Below the pieces are notes generated by a model, which was given only the letters and a program-made list of their open reading frames with translations, did no database searches and was not told the DNA's origin. Positions 48,223-58,327 of a stretch of 64,000 nucleotides of DNA are shown here, in pieces (the stretch's first letter is position 1; each line of letters begins with the position of its first letter). The position numbers and the translations under genes were made by a program. The DNA lies in contig JBPOHQ010000004.1 in assembly GCA_052035405.1 (NCBI GenBank), forward strand, positions 6,687 through 70,686. The letters run 5' to 3'. Source of the DNA: Candidatus Nomurabacteria bacterium. Lineage in GTDB: Bacteria; Patescibacteriota; Minisyncoccia; Phycocordibacterales; UBA9973.

Positions 48223-49602
48223 ATGCCGATACAGTTTTACAATTCCCTAACGAAACAAAAAGAAATATTTAAGCCAATTAACGAAAAAAAAGTTAACATG
48301 TATTCTTGTGGGCCGACTGTCTACAACTATCCTCATATTGGTAATTATCGAGCATATATATTTGCAGACATCTTAAAAAGAACTCTTTTGTACGAAGGTT
48401 ATGATGTCAATCATGTAATGAATTTAACAGACGTAGATGACAAGACTATTCGTGACTCACAGAAAGAAGGAAAAAACTTAAAAGAATTTACCGAGTTTTA
48501 TAGTGAAGAATTTTTCAAAGACATACAAACGCTTAATATTGTTCCACCTGTAAAATTTACTAAGGCAACGAATTACATACCTGAGATGGTTCGAATTATT
48601 GATGATCTCTTGTTAAAAGGTATTGCCTACAAAAGTACTGACGGTAGCGTATATTTTGATATTAAAAAATTCTCAAGGTACGGGAAACTAAGTGGAGTAG
48701 ATATTCAAAACCAAAAAGCAAACGCACAAGGCAGAATTAAATCTGACGAGTACGATAAAGATAATGTAGAAGACTTCGCGTTATGGAAATCTTGGGACGA
48801 ATCTGACGGAGATGTTTTCTGGGATCCGTCTACTTGGATTGGAGTAGAGACAAAGTTAAGTAAAGGACGTCCTGGATGGCACATAGAATGTTCGGCAATG
48901 TCTATAGCGAACTTAGGTGATGAAATAGATATCCATACTGGTGGAGTAGACAATATGTTTCCCCATCACGAAAATGAAATCGCTCAATCTGAAGCCTACA
49001 CAGGTAAAACTTTTGTTAGATACTGGATGCATAATGAATGGGTTCTAGTAGACCACAAAAAAATGGCGAAGTCTGCAGGTAATTTCTATAAACTTCAAGA
49101 CTTAAAGGATCAAAAAATAAATCCCCTAGCCTATAGATTTTGGCTACTTATGGCAAGTTACAGGAGCAAGGTAAACTTCGTCTGGGAAGCCCTCCTCGGG
49201 GCTGAAATGGGCTTAAAAAGACTGTTTAGGCTCTACTTAGACCTTGGACCTAGTCTAGGTAAAATAGATCAAGTTTACAAGGATAAATTTAAAGCTTTTT
49301 TAGAAGATGACTTAGATACGCCTCGTGCACTAGCTTTGGTCTGGGAACTCATAAAAGACGAAACAATTTTAGACCAAGATAAAAAAGCAACTATTTTAGA
49401 CTTTGATAAAGTCCTAGGTCTTGGTTTTGAAAATCTAACCGAAGATGAGATCCCCGAAGAAGTTCTAATGCTCGCAAGAGAAAGAGAACAAGCTCGCAAA
49501 GAAAAAAACTTCAAAAGATCAGACGAATTACGTTCAGAAATAAATGCTCTTGGTTTTGAAATAAAGGATTCAGACACAGAACAAAAAATCTCTAAGAGAT
49601 AG
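48223..49602 (+). CDS. cysS: cysteine--tRNA ligase
   Basis: MYSCGPTVYNYPHIGNYR (HIGH region) and KMAKSAGN. Confidence 0.9.
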   Translation: MPIQFYNSLTKQKEIFKPINEKKVNMYSCGPTVYNYPHIGNYRAYIFADILKRTLLYEGYDVNHVMNLTDVDDKTIRDSQKEGKNLKEFTEFYSEEFFKDIQTLNIVPPVKFTKATNYIPEMVRIIDDLLLKGIAYKSTDGSVYFDIKKFSRYGKLSGVDIQNQKANAQGRIKSDEYDKDNVEDFALWKSWDESDGDVFWDPSTWIGVETKLSKGRPGWHIECSAMSIANLGDEIDIHTGGVDNMFPHHENEIAQSEAYTGKTFVRYWMHNEWVLVDHKKMAKSAGNFYKLQDLKDQKINPLAYRFWLLMASYRSKVNFVWEALLGAEMGLKRLFRLYLDLGPSLGKIDQVYKDKFKAFLEDDLDTPRALALVWELIKDETILDQDKKATILDFDKVLGLGFENLTEDEIPEEVLMLAREREQARKEKNFKRSDELRSEINALGFEIKDSDTEQKISKR

Positions 49603-49645
49603 TATTTATCTTAGAGATTTTTGTTATATATTTCTATTTTTTAAA

Positions 49646-50761
49646 TTAAAATAATTTTGAAATGTCGTTGTAAGTCACAAAAAGCATGAGCAGAATAAGA
49701 ATCCAGAATCCTATCATATTTGCTGTATTTGCAAAGTTTTGATTAAGTCTCTTTCCACGAATCTTTTCTATAAATAGAAATAATAATCTACCTCCATCAA
49801 GTGCTGGAAACGGTAGTAGATTTATAACTGCAAGATTTACTGAAATTAAGGCTGCAAAAGAAAGTAAGTAGGCAAATCCAAACTTAGAAGCATCTCCTAC
49901 CACACCCACCATACCTACAGGCCCAGTAAGTGCACCTGAGACATTTACACCACTCGCTGCTTCCCTGATAATAGTAAATAATCCGACAACTGTACCCTTC
50001 GTTACATTCCAGTTTAATTTCATACCTTCTACAAACGCACTAAAAAATGGAAGCTTCAGTACTCCTATTTCATCCATAGAAATACCAATTAACGCTTTAT
50101 CACTACCCTCTTTTTTTACAGCTTTCAGGTCAAAGATAGTTTGCTGTTTGTCGCCTCTTAAATAAGTGATAGCTATCTCTGTGTTAGAATGATCTGTGAT
50201 GAATTTTGAAAAATCTTCTACTTTTGGAAATAAAATACTATCCTCTGAATTTGAAGAAGTTGGTATACCTACATAAGTAATTTTGTCTCCAGTTTTAAGT
50301 CCAGCTTGTTCTGCTGGAGAATCTTTTAATACAGACACAATAGTCAGTTGAGTATTATCTAGAGATACACCAGAAGGAACACTTTGAGTAGAGGTAGGAA
50401 GTCCTGTCATAAAACCAACAGAAAAGAGTAACCATGCCAAAAGGAAATTTGCAGCGATACCAGCAAACAATACTATCGCTTGCTGCCACCTTGGTTTATT
50501 TACAAAACTTCTCGAAGCGTCTACACCATTAGTGTTCTCCTCATTAGGATCCTCTCCATAAATTTTTACAAAACCACCAATAGGTAGCCAATTTAAAGTA
50601 TATTCAGTCTCCCCTTTTTTAAATAAAGTCATTATTTTAGGTGGAAAACCAAAACCAAATTCATCTACTCTCACACCGAATTTTTTTGCAGTAAAAAAAT
50701 GTCCTGCCTCATGAACTAAAACCAAAGCTAACAATATGATGATAAATATAAGTATATTCAT
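49646..50761 (-). CDS. rseP: RIP metalloprotease RseP (site-2 protease, M50)
   Basis: HEAGHFFTAKKFG HExxH motif, PDZ domain and LDG motif. Confidence 0.85.
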   Translation of the reverse strand: MNILIFIIILLALVLVHEAGHFFTAKKFGVRVDEFGFGFPPKIMTLFKKGETEYTLNWLPIGGFVKIYGEDPNEENTNGVDASRSFVNKPRWQQAIVLFAGIAANFLLAWLLFSVGFMTGLPTSTQSVPSGVSLDNTQLTIVSVLKDSPAEQAGLKTGDKITYVGIPTSSNSEDSILFPKVEDFSKFITDHSNTEIAITYLRGDKQQTIFDLKAVKKEGSDKALIGISMDEIGVLKLPFFSAFVEGMKLNWNVTKGTVVGLFTIIREAASGVNVSGALTGPVGMVGVVGDASKFGFAYLLSFAALISVNLAVINLLPFPALDGGRLLFLFIEKIRGKRLNQNFANTANMIGFWILILLMLFVTYNDISKLF

Positions 50762-50764
50762 GAA

Positions 50765-51316
50765 TTAATTCATTACTTCTTTTTCTTTCTTTTCAAAGAT
50801 TGATTCTAAATTTGCATTTGTTTCATCTATTATTTTTTGCAACTCTCCCTTTGCAAAGAATTTTTCGTCTTCGGTAAGTTTTCCAGCTTTCTCTTCTGCT
50901 TGAACTTCATCCCATATTCTCTCGCGTTCTTGTCTAACTGTGATTCTAGATTCTTCTAGCTTTTGCTTTAATACTTTAACCAAAGTCTGTCTAGTTTCTG
51001 TAGTAAGTTGTGGAAAGAGTACTCTTATACCTGCATCATCAGTCGCAACAGAAAGACCAAGATTTGCTGCCTGGATAGCTTTTTCGATAGCCTTTATTTG
51101 ATTTTTATCCCAGGGTACAATTCGGAGTGTTTTAGGATCTTCAATATTTACTGAAGCAATATTTTTTATAGGTCCATAATTTCCGTAAGATTCTACTGTG
51201 ACACCATCTAAGACCATCGGTGAAGCACGACCAATATTTAGCTGGCTAAATTCTTTACTTAAAAATTCTTCGACTTTTTTTAATTCATTCTTAAATTGTG
51301 AAAAATTGTAATTCAT
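50765..51316 (-). CDS. frr: ribosome recycling factor
   Basis: …IGRASPMVLDGVTVESYGNYGPIKNIASV…. Confidence 0.9.
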   Translation of the reverse strand: MNYNFSQFKNELKKVEEFLSKEFSQLNIGRASPMVLDGVTVESYGNYGPIKNIASVNIEDPKTLRIVPWDKNQIKAIEKAIQAANLGLSVATDDAGIRVLFPQLTTETRQTLVKVLKQKLEESRITVRQERERIWDEVQAEEKAGKLTEDEKFFAKGELQKIIDETNANLESIFEKKEKEVMN

Positions 51317-51323
51317 TACAGTA

Positions 51324-52052
51324 TTATACCATTTTTTCAGGTATTCCCAAGGCTATTGATTCCATAAGATTTTTTATCGAAGAACCTGGCTGTCTAAGAA
51401 ATTTACGAACCTTAAATATATTCTTAAAAACTTGGGTAGATAATAATCCCACATAATTCTTGGAAATCTTTTTATGTAAGACAGTTTCTAAACTATCCAA
51501 AAACCTCAATGCTCGAGCACGAGGTGAATCTTTTTCGTTATCCTGCTCTTCATCATCTTCAGTATTCAGCAACTCTTTTAGAAAGTCTATTCTCTTAGAT
51601 AATGGTAAAACTATAAATTCTTCAGCTTTCTTAGTATCTAAAGTGTTCAAAATATTTCCCTTAACGACATTAAACCTAGAGAGCAGTGTGGGTATAAATA
51701 ATTGTGTACTTGGAGTAATAACAAAAAAATGAGTATTGGGTATAGGCTCCTCAAACACTTTTAATAGTGAATTTTGTGCTTCTAATAAGAAACTATTTGC
51801 AGAAATTAAGAATATTCTCTTACTGTCTGAATTAGAAGCAAAAGACCTCTCACTAGTCATAGATTTTAAATTTCTCGCGTCATCTATCTTAAAACTGTCC
51901 ATATGAAGATTATATACATCTGGATTTCCCGTAGTCTCAATATGTAGATCGTTTAAGATAGCAAAAACTTGAGGAATGATTTCATTTTTATCACCCTCTA
52001 ATAGATATGCATGGTGTAAATTATTTTTATCTACTTGTAAAGAAATTTGCAT
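51324..52052 (-). CDS. holB: DNA polymerase III delta'-like clamp-loader subunit
   Basis: HAYLLEGDKN… (no P-loop) and LLKVFEEPIPNTHFFVIT…LLPTLLSRF sensor motifs. Confidence 0.55.
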   Translation of the reverse strand: MQISLQVDKNNLHHAYLLEGDKNEIIPQVFAILNDLHIETTGNPDVYNLHMDSFKIDDARNLKSMTSERSFASNSDSKRIFLISANSFLLEAQNSLLKVFEEPIPNTHFFVITPSTQLFIPTLLSRFNVVKGNILNTLDTKKAEEFIVLPLSKRIDFLKELLNTEDDEEQDNEKDSPRARALRFLDSLETVLHKKISKNYVGLLSTQVFKNIFKVRKFLRQPGSSIKNLMESIALGIPEKMV

Positions 52053-52061
52053 CTTTATAGA

Positions 52062-53075
52062 TTATTTTTTACTTAAAATTGCTTTTTTGTATACTTCTAA
52101 ATGCTCGAGTGCTATACCAGTCCCTTTCGCAACACAATACAGTGCATCATCAGCCACAGCTGCTTTTACTCCAGTTTTTCTATATACCAAATCGGCTAAA
52201 TTACGAAGAAGGGATGAACCACCAGTCATAATAATTCCATGATCTATGATATCAGATGCAAGTTCTGGAGGAGTTTCTCCTAAAACATCTTTAATTGCTT
52301 TAATTATCTGTTTTAATTCTCCATCAATAGCCTTTACTATCTCATTTGTACCCACTTGTGCACTACGAGGTAAACCTTGTATAAAGTCTCGTCCTTTAAT
52401 AGTAACTTTCAGCTCTTCTTCAAGTGGTACCGCTGCTCCAATTTTTATTTTAACTTCTTCAGCTGTTTTATCTCCAATAGCAAGATTAAAAGTTTTCTTT
52501 ATATAGTCGGCAATAGCGGCATCTATCTTATTACCTGCACATTTTACAGAAGTTGAAGCCACAATCCCTCCAAGAGAGATCACAGCAACATCGGTTGTAC
52601 CTCCTCCTATATCGACAATCATATACCCCTTTGATTCGTGAATCGGAATGCCAGCACCTATCGCAGCTAGAATCGGCTCCTTCACGACATACGCATTTTT
52701 TGCTCCGGCTTTTATTGCAGCTTCTATAACAGCTCTTCTTTGGGTTGAAGTTACACCTGCAGGCACAGATACCATCACATCTGGTTTGAAAAAATTAAAC
52801 TTACCCATAGCTTTATTTATGAAATATCGAAGCATTGCTTCTGTCACTCTGTAGTCTGCAATAACTCCATCCTTCATAGGTCTATATGCGATAATTGAAT
52901 CGGGCGTCTTCCCTATCATATTCTTTGCTTCAAAGCCGATTGCAAGGATTTTGTTGTCTTGTTCAGATACAGCTACCACAGAAGGTTCGTTTAAAACAAT
53001 ACCTTTTCCAGGCAAAAAAACGAGAGTATTTGCCGTTCCTAAATCTATCCCTAATTTTCTTGAAAAAATACCCAT
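52062..53075 (-). CDS. mreB: rod shape-determining protein MreB
   Basis: GIDLGTANTLVF and actin-fold motifs. Confidence 0.9.
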   Translation of the reverse strand: MGIFSRKLGIDLGTANTLVFLPGKGIVLNEPSVVAVSEQDNKILAIGFEAKNMIGKTPDSIIAYRPMKDGVIADYRVTEAMLRYFINKAMGKFNFFKPDVMVSVPAGVTSTQRRAVIEAAIKAGAKNAYVVKEPILAAIGAGIPIHESKGYMIVDIGGGTTDVAVISLGGIVASTSVKCAGNKIDAAIADYIKKTFNLAIGDKTAEEVKIKIGAAVPLEEELKVTIKGRDFIQGLPRSAQVGTNEIVKAIDGELKQIIKAIKDVLGETPPELASDIIDHGIIMTGGSSLLRNLADLVYRKTGVKAAVADDALYCVAKGTGIALEHLEVYKKAILSKK

Positions 53076-53112
53076 AAAGACAATATATCACAGTATATGC
53101 TAGAATAAAAAC

Positions 53113-55074
53113 ATGAAGATTGTGACCGTCATTCCTCTCCAAAAGAACTCTTTTAAAGAAGAATTAACTTATTTTTCAGCTCAAAATATAGTTCTCGGTA
53201 GTATAGTGGCTATTAGTATTCGTAATAAAAACACCCTAGGATTAGTGGTCTCATCAATAGATGCAAGTGAAGCAAAGTCTCAAGTAAAAGATATGGATTT
53301 TAACTTAAAAAAAATAACAGAAACAAAAGAAATTTCTTTATTTAAAGAAGAACTGATTGAAACGTGTATACTAGCAAGTTCCTATTTTGCTACAAACAAG
53401 AGTGCTACTATTTCGACACTTATACCAAACATTCTCAAAGAGAAATACGATTATATATCTACGGTATATCTTGAAAACCAAAATAAAGTAAAATTATACG
53501 AAAGTAGTTCAAAAAATATTAAGGCAGAAAAACTCCTTTTCCAAGCACCGTACGAAGAACGTATGTCGTATTATAAAACTCTCATTAGGAGTTCTTTTGC
53601 GAATAAAAAATCTATTTTCATAGTACTTCCAACAGAAAATGATATACGTGATTTTGAAGAAATACTTAAAAAAGGAATTGAAAATTTTGTAGTGACTATC
53701 CATAGTGGATTAGGTCCAAAAAAATCCCTTGCCCAAGTAACTAAGATTATATCTTCAGAGCATCCCATATTAATACTTGGAACAGCTCCTTTTTTATCCA
53801 TTCCCAGACATGACTTAGAGACGATTATACTAGAACACGAAAGCAGCAATGCTTACAAAACCCTTTCAAGACCATTTATAGACCTTCGAATATTTGTTGA
53901 AATATTTGCTTCAAAACTCTATGCCAAACTCATATTAGGTGATACACTACTTCGCTTCGAGACTATTGGACGCAAAGAAATAGATGGATTGAATGAGTTA
54001 CGTCCGCTGTCTTTTAGAGTTAGTTTTGAGGGGAATATACGGATAATTGAAAAAAATAAGAAGAACATAGAAGAACAAAAGGAAACTCAAAAATTCAAAG
54101 TATTGAGCGATGAAAGTATAGAAGCGATACATAAGGCTATAAATAAAAATAAGAATGTATTTGTATTTTCTCTCCGTAAAGGATTGGCCACATTCACTGT
54201 ATGTAAAAGCTGTGGAAGCGAAGTCTCTTGTGACGCATGCATGGCCCCAGTAGTTCTATACACATCAAAAGATGGGACAAAAAGAATGTTTGTTTGTAAT
54301 AAATGTAAAATGGAAAAAAGTCCTGATATTACGTGCAGCTACTGTGATAGTTGGAATCTTGTCCCTCTAGGTATTGGCACTGATACCGTGTATGAAGATT
54401 TGAAAAGAAATTTCCCAAAAAATAAAATTTTTAAATTAGACAAAGAAATTGCACAAAATGCACATGAAGCAATAAAAATTATAAAAGAATTTGAAGAAAC
54501 AAAAGGAGCAATACTTGTGGGAACTGAAATGGCACTTTTTTATATTAAAGACAGCGTAACTCTTTCGTTGATAGCATCTTTTGATTCACTATGGAGTATT
54601 CCAAATTTTAAAATGAGTGAAAAAATACTTCAGATTATATTTACTATTATAAGTAAAACAGAAGATACATTGATAATTGAAACAAAGAATATTAACGACG
54701 GAGCAATCAGTGCTATTCAAACAGGTAATCTGATATCTTATGTAAGAGAAGAATTAAATGACAGAAAAGATTTAGGATACCCACCTTATAAAAGATTTAT
54801 AAAAGTGAGTTATTTAGGAGACAGAGAAAAAACAGCAAACACACGAAAAGCTCTCGCTCAGTTGTTTAGAGAATATAATCCAACAATTTTTGGAGGGTTT
54901 GTAGAAAAACTTAAAGGTAAATATACCACCAACATGTTATTAAAAATTGAACCAAGCAATTGGTCTATAGGAGAGTTATCTGTTGGTGGGAAAATAGATC
55001 AAGATATATCTCTTAGACTCCAGTCTCTACCCGCTGATTTTAAAATTCAACTAGACCCAGAAGACTTACTGTAG
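53113..55074 (+). CDS. priA: primosomal protein N' (PriA) homologue with degenerate helicase motifs
   Basis: Cys-rich Zn module CKSCGSEVSCDACM…CNKCK…CSYCDSWNLVPLGIGTD aligns to PriA. The Walker A position reads APYEERM, and DEEH is replaced by LEHE. Confidence 0.65.
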   Translation: MKIVTVIPLQKNSFKEELTYFSAQNIVLGSIVAISIRNKNTLGLVVSSIDASEAKSQVKDMDFNLKKITETKEISLFKEELIETCILASSYFATNKSATISTLIPNILKEKYDYISTVYLENQNKVKLYESSSKNIKAEKLLFQAPYEERMSYYKTLIRSSFANKKSIFIVLPTENDIRDFEEILKKGIENFVVTIHSGLGPKKSLAQVTKIISSEHPILILGTAPFLSIPRHDLETIILEHESSNAYKTLSRPFIDLRIFVEIFASKLYAKLILGDTLLRFETIGRKEIDGLNELRPLSFRVSFEGNIRIIEKNKKNIEEQKETQKFKVLSDESIEAIHKAINKNKNVFVFSLRKGLATFTVCKSCGSEVSCDACMAPVVLYTSKDGTKRMFVCNKCKMEKSPDITCSYCDSWNLVPLGIGTDTVYEDLKRNFPKNKIFKLDKEIAQNAHEAIKIIKEFEETKGAILVGTEMALFYIKDSVTLSLIASFDSLWSIPNFKMSEKILQIIFTIISKTEDTLIIETKNINDGAISAIQTGNLISYVREELNDRKDLGYPPYKRFIKVSYLGDREKTANTRKALAQLFREYNPTIFGGFVEKLKGKYTTNMLLKIEPSNWSIGELSVGGKIDQDISLRLQSLPADFKIQLDPEDLL

Positions 55075-55078
55075 AAAA

Positions 55079-55435
55079 TTAACTGCTCTCTTTTTCAACT
55101 TCTTTTTTCTTTTCGAGAAATCTATCTATTTTTATTTTCATACGGGAAGAACGTATTGACCCGCGAAGAAATATATAAAATCCAAATAACACAAAGCCTA
55201 TACCGATATATTGTAATATGTTTATACCCGGCGACAACTGAAATAAGGTCACTCCTACCACGATAATTGTAAGACTAGTTCTAATGTATGCTAGAAAAGT
55301 TGCTTCATTAGTAAGTATCGTTCTTTCTATCGCTAGATAATCACGTAAGATTAAGTCCTTTGCACTAAATTCTTTGTACAATTCTTCATCGTTTGCCTTT
55401 GAATAAGCACTAAACATTTCTTTATAAAAATTCAT
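55079..55435 (-). CDS. DUF202 (YidH) family membrane protein
   Basis: LRDYLAIERTILTNEATFLAYIRTSL motif. Start trimmed to MNFYKEMF. Confidence 0.5.
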   Translation of the reverse strand: MNFYKEMFSAYSKANDEELYKEFSAKDLILRDYLAIERTILTNEATFLAYIRTSLTIIVVGVTLFQLSPGINILQYIGIGFVLFGFYIFLRGSIRSSRMKIKIDRFLEKKKEVEKESS

Positions 55436-55680
55436 ATAATTTAGTTTGTTACAAAAGAAGTTTAAAGTCAAATTGACATCTAAGCCACATAAGCTAATAA
55501 TGAGTTTAATTAAACGTTCCTATTATGATTATAAAAATAATTAAAAAAATCCTTTACCACCTTCTGGTATGGATTTTAGCACTAATTTTGTTTGTATCTT
55601 CAACAATAGCTATAACATACATAGCTATAAAGTTACATCTATAGTCCTTTTTGCAAGAAATGCGAAAGGGACTTTTTTAT

Positions 55681-55733
55681 ATAAACAAAAATAAAAGGCC
55701 CGAGCAAAGTCAGACCAATTGTTCGGTCCTTTT
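55681..55733 (-). terminator. rho-independent terminator for the 790-aa gene
   Basis: aaaaggc-ccgagca…tgttcgg-tcctttt extended hairpin. The plus-strand A-run supplies the minus-strand U-tract. Confidence 0.55.
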
Positions 55734-55794
55734 ACTCGAGCCTAAAGCTCTAACGTTCGTGGGCTGTTAACTCACACTACCCAATTTATTTATT

Positions 55795-58167
55795 TCACTT
55801 TCTACTCCTGACCCGTTTTATTACTCTTGCCTCTTCTATAATGGGTCTAAACGTACGTTCGCACGCTTGATAAATTTGGAGGCCGAGTTTGAATACAGGC
55901 TTACTAGTATCACCGTTCAAGTGTTTGAGTATTTTGTCTACCCAGACAGCCTGAAACTTGCCTTTCTCACCTTTACGCCAAACACTCTCCGGCAAATTAT
56001 AATTTGTCTTTACATAAAGACGAAATTTTCGAGTTAATTTATTGAACCTCGTTTGGATTTCGTATAGTCTGTCTTTGTAGTCTTTCGTACTAATACTCTT
56101 TGCTCTGTATGAATCATCAAGACTTACAACTTCTGCTTGTATATCACGGATTTTTCCTATCATGTCTTTCAACTCTTTAGCATTATCGTCAGGATTCCTA
56201 TCTGTATTTTTTATCACCACTTCTGCTCCTGCGTTTGAAAAACTTATATCTTCAATTTGAAGAAAATTCTTCAATCTTGAAAAAAGATTTTCCAGGTATT
56301 TTTGATCAATTCCAGTTGAGTCGTTATACTCATACTCGAGAAGTGCATTCTCCAAATATGATACTTCAGTCTGCAGTGCTTGAGTAGCACTATCGTACTC
56401 CTCTTCTGTAATCTGCTCAGACAAATATGCATCATCAAGCATATCTGCTCTGTCTGTTTGGACTCGCTCAATCAATCCTAAAGCCTGAGAAACAGATTCG
56501 GTGGCAGTATTAATAGAAATTTCTGACAGTTGCTGATCTTCAGACGTTGGTATACTCACAGAGACTTGCCCTTCAACAACTGCAGGTGCTTTTGACTTGT
56601 TTTTTGAACCTGGTGTGCGTCCCCTGTAGTTTCCTGTACGCTTTTTCTTCGTTTCCTCAACGACTTCTTTTATTCCTGTGACTTCTTTAAGGATTTCAAT
56701 CGCTTGACCCTCGATATCCCACAGAATTTTGAAGAATTCGTCTTCGGTTGATTCATTTTTCTGAAACTTCTCGTCAGCCTCTTCGTATTCCCTTTTTAAG
56801 TCTTCCATTTTTTGAATAATGGAAGGATCAGTAACGGTACGGTTGGGATCTTCAAGAATTGTGATTATATCTTCGATTGCTAAGGGTTCTTCCTCAGAAT
56901 TTTGATTTTCTAAAACCACATCTGGAACAGATTCTGTTTCTACTTCGTTTTTCGATTTTTTGCTTTGCTCCCATTGTTCAATAGCCGGAGTAACTGTTGC
57001 AATGTATGCTTGAAGATTATATCCCTCCATACTTACTATATCCGAGAAGTCCATTTTTTTAGTAACCATTCCACCAGGGGAAAACCCTTGGCAAATTGGT
57101 AATGCTGGAAATTTGGTACATAGTATTTCCAGTAATTTACTTTTTACTGGATCAGTGTCTTCAAGTTGATTGAAAATTCGCATGAAACGCAAAAAGGCAT
57201 AGGTGTCGTTTAGCAAGTTTGGATTTAAAAAAACTTCACCAATAAACGCCTTGTCTTCCTGCGTCAATTCATTGCTAATTTTTAGCAATCCAGATAACAC
57301 ATTAGACGATTCTGTAATCACCGAAATAAAATCCCTCTTCGGATAATTTGATGACCATTGATCAATTTGGTTCTGGAGCAAAATACATTCTGGATCACCC
57401 ATGCAATTTCCGTCAACGAATTTTCCAAGCAAGTTGCATTGTTTAGCCGTAGCTGTCCCTGAATTTAGTCGTTCAAAGCATAATCTAATGTATTCAACAC
57501 CAGAATTCCATTCTACATCTCCCGGTTTGACGGTAGTACGTACTGGTACTTCATCAATCTTAAATATGTAGTTGAAATGATCAAATATCATAGTCCCTGG
57601 TTTGTAAACAGGAACAGCGACCATTTTTCCATCATCGTAATCACGCTGCATTTGATTTACACTCTCTGCAAATTTTTGATCTACGAAATACAGAGCGGTT
57701 AATTTATCAGCGATAGAAGTTGGGTTTTGGCCGCCTTCTGTCAGTTTCAAATATCCTTGATACCCGGCATTCGCCAGATTGATCAATAATATAAACTGGT
57801 CCTCTGGTTGCATTTGTGGCAACCAAGGTTTCCTTCCGCCGCCGTCTGAACCTCCTCCTCCGGTCGGAACGTCCACTACTTCATCTGGGCTTACCGGAAA
57901 ATTCGAATAAATTGATGGTGGTGGGGTTGTGACGTAGTAGGTGATTGTGAGAGCAGTGGCTGCAGTGCCTACGCTAAGTAGGGCTAGGTCTGCGGCCGTC
58001 ATTTCTGCCAACAAAACCAATACCACAGGAATCATAGCCGGCTTGTTTTCGAGAGCAGTATTATCCCGTGGCACGGGTACTGGTCGGGTAAGCGGATCGG
58101 CTGAAATTTTTTGCCTGAAAAGCATAAAAATAATGAGAAAAATTGAGAGCAAGATTCGTTTTTTCAT
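55795..58167 (-). CDS. large secreted/membrane-anchored acidic protein, hypothetical
   Basis: Signal peptide plus a second hydrophobic segment, then a Pro/Gly-rich linker, a Cys-containing central region and an acidic helical C-terminal half. No recognisable family. Confidence 0.5.
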   Translation of the reverse strand: MKKRILLSIFLIIFMLFRQKISADPLTRPVPVPRDNTALENKPAMIPVVLVLLAEMTAADLALLSVGTAATALTITYYVTTPPPSIYSNFPVSPDEVVDVPTGGGGSDGGGRKPWLPQMQPEDQFILLINLANAGYQGYLKLTEGGQNPTSIADKLTALYFVDQKFAESVNQMQRDYDDGKMVAVPVYKPGTMIFDHFNYIFKIDEVPVRTTVKPGDVEWNSGVEYIRLCFERLNSGTATAKQCNLLGKFVDGNCMGDPECILLQNQIDQWSSNYPKRDFISVITESSNVLSGLLKISNELTQEDKAFIGEVFLNPNLLNDTYAFLRFMRIFNQLEDTDPVKSKLLEILCTKFPALPICQGFSPGGMVTKKMDFSDIVSMEGYNLQAYIATVTPAIEQWEQSKKSKNEVETESVPDVVLENQNSEEEPLAIEDIITILEDPNRTVTDPSIIQKMEDLKREYEEADEKFQKNESTEDEFFKILWDIEGQAIEILKEVTGIKEVVEETKKKRTGNYRGRTPGSKNKSKAPAVVEGQVSVSIPTSEDQQLSEISINTATESVSQALGLIERVQTDRADMLDDAYLSEQITEEEYDSATQALQTEVSYLENALLEYEYNDSTGIDQKYLENLFSRLKNFLQIEDISFSNAGAEVVIKNTDRNPDDNAKELKDMIGKIRDIQAEVVSLDDSYRAKSISTKDYKDRLYEIQTRFNKLTRKFRLYVKTNYNLPESVWRKGEKGKFQAVWVDKILKHLNGDTSKPVFKLGLQIYQACERTFRPIIEEARVIKRVRSRK

Positions 58168-58220
58168 GTTTAGTGAAAATTTTGAATGAAAGATAGGTGA
58201 AATATTTGGTTTTTCAAGGA

Positions 58221-58250
58221 AACAAAAAAATACCCAAAAAGGGTATTTCT
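58221..58250 (-). terminator. rho-independent terminator after rsmI
   Basis: aaataccc-aaaaa-gggtattt with an A7 run, which is the minus-strand U-tract. Confidence 0.6.
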
Positions 58251-58327
58251 ACATTCACAAAAATAGTACTCTCTCTCTAGACTTTTGTCAAGCACACATG
58301 CTAATAACTTTGTCAAATATAACAAAA

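Noticed and set aside
57780-58130. GC-rich 5' part of the 790-aa gene as a horizontally transferred insert
   Set aside because: It encodes a Pro/Gly/Ala-rich linker, so amino-acid composition alone can explain the GC rise. It is kept only as a note inside the finding.
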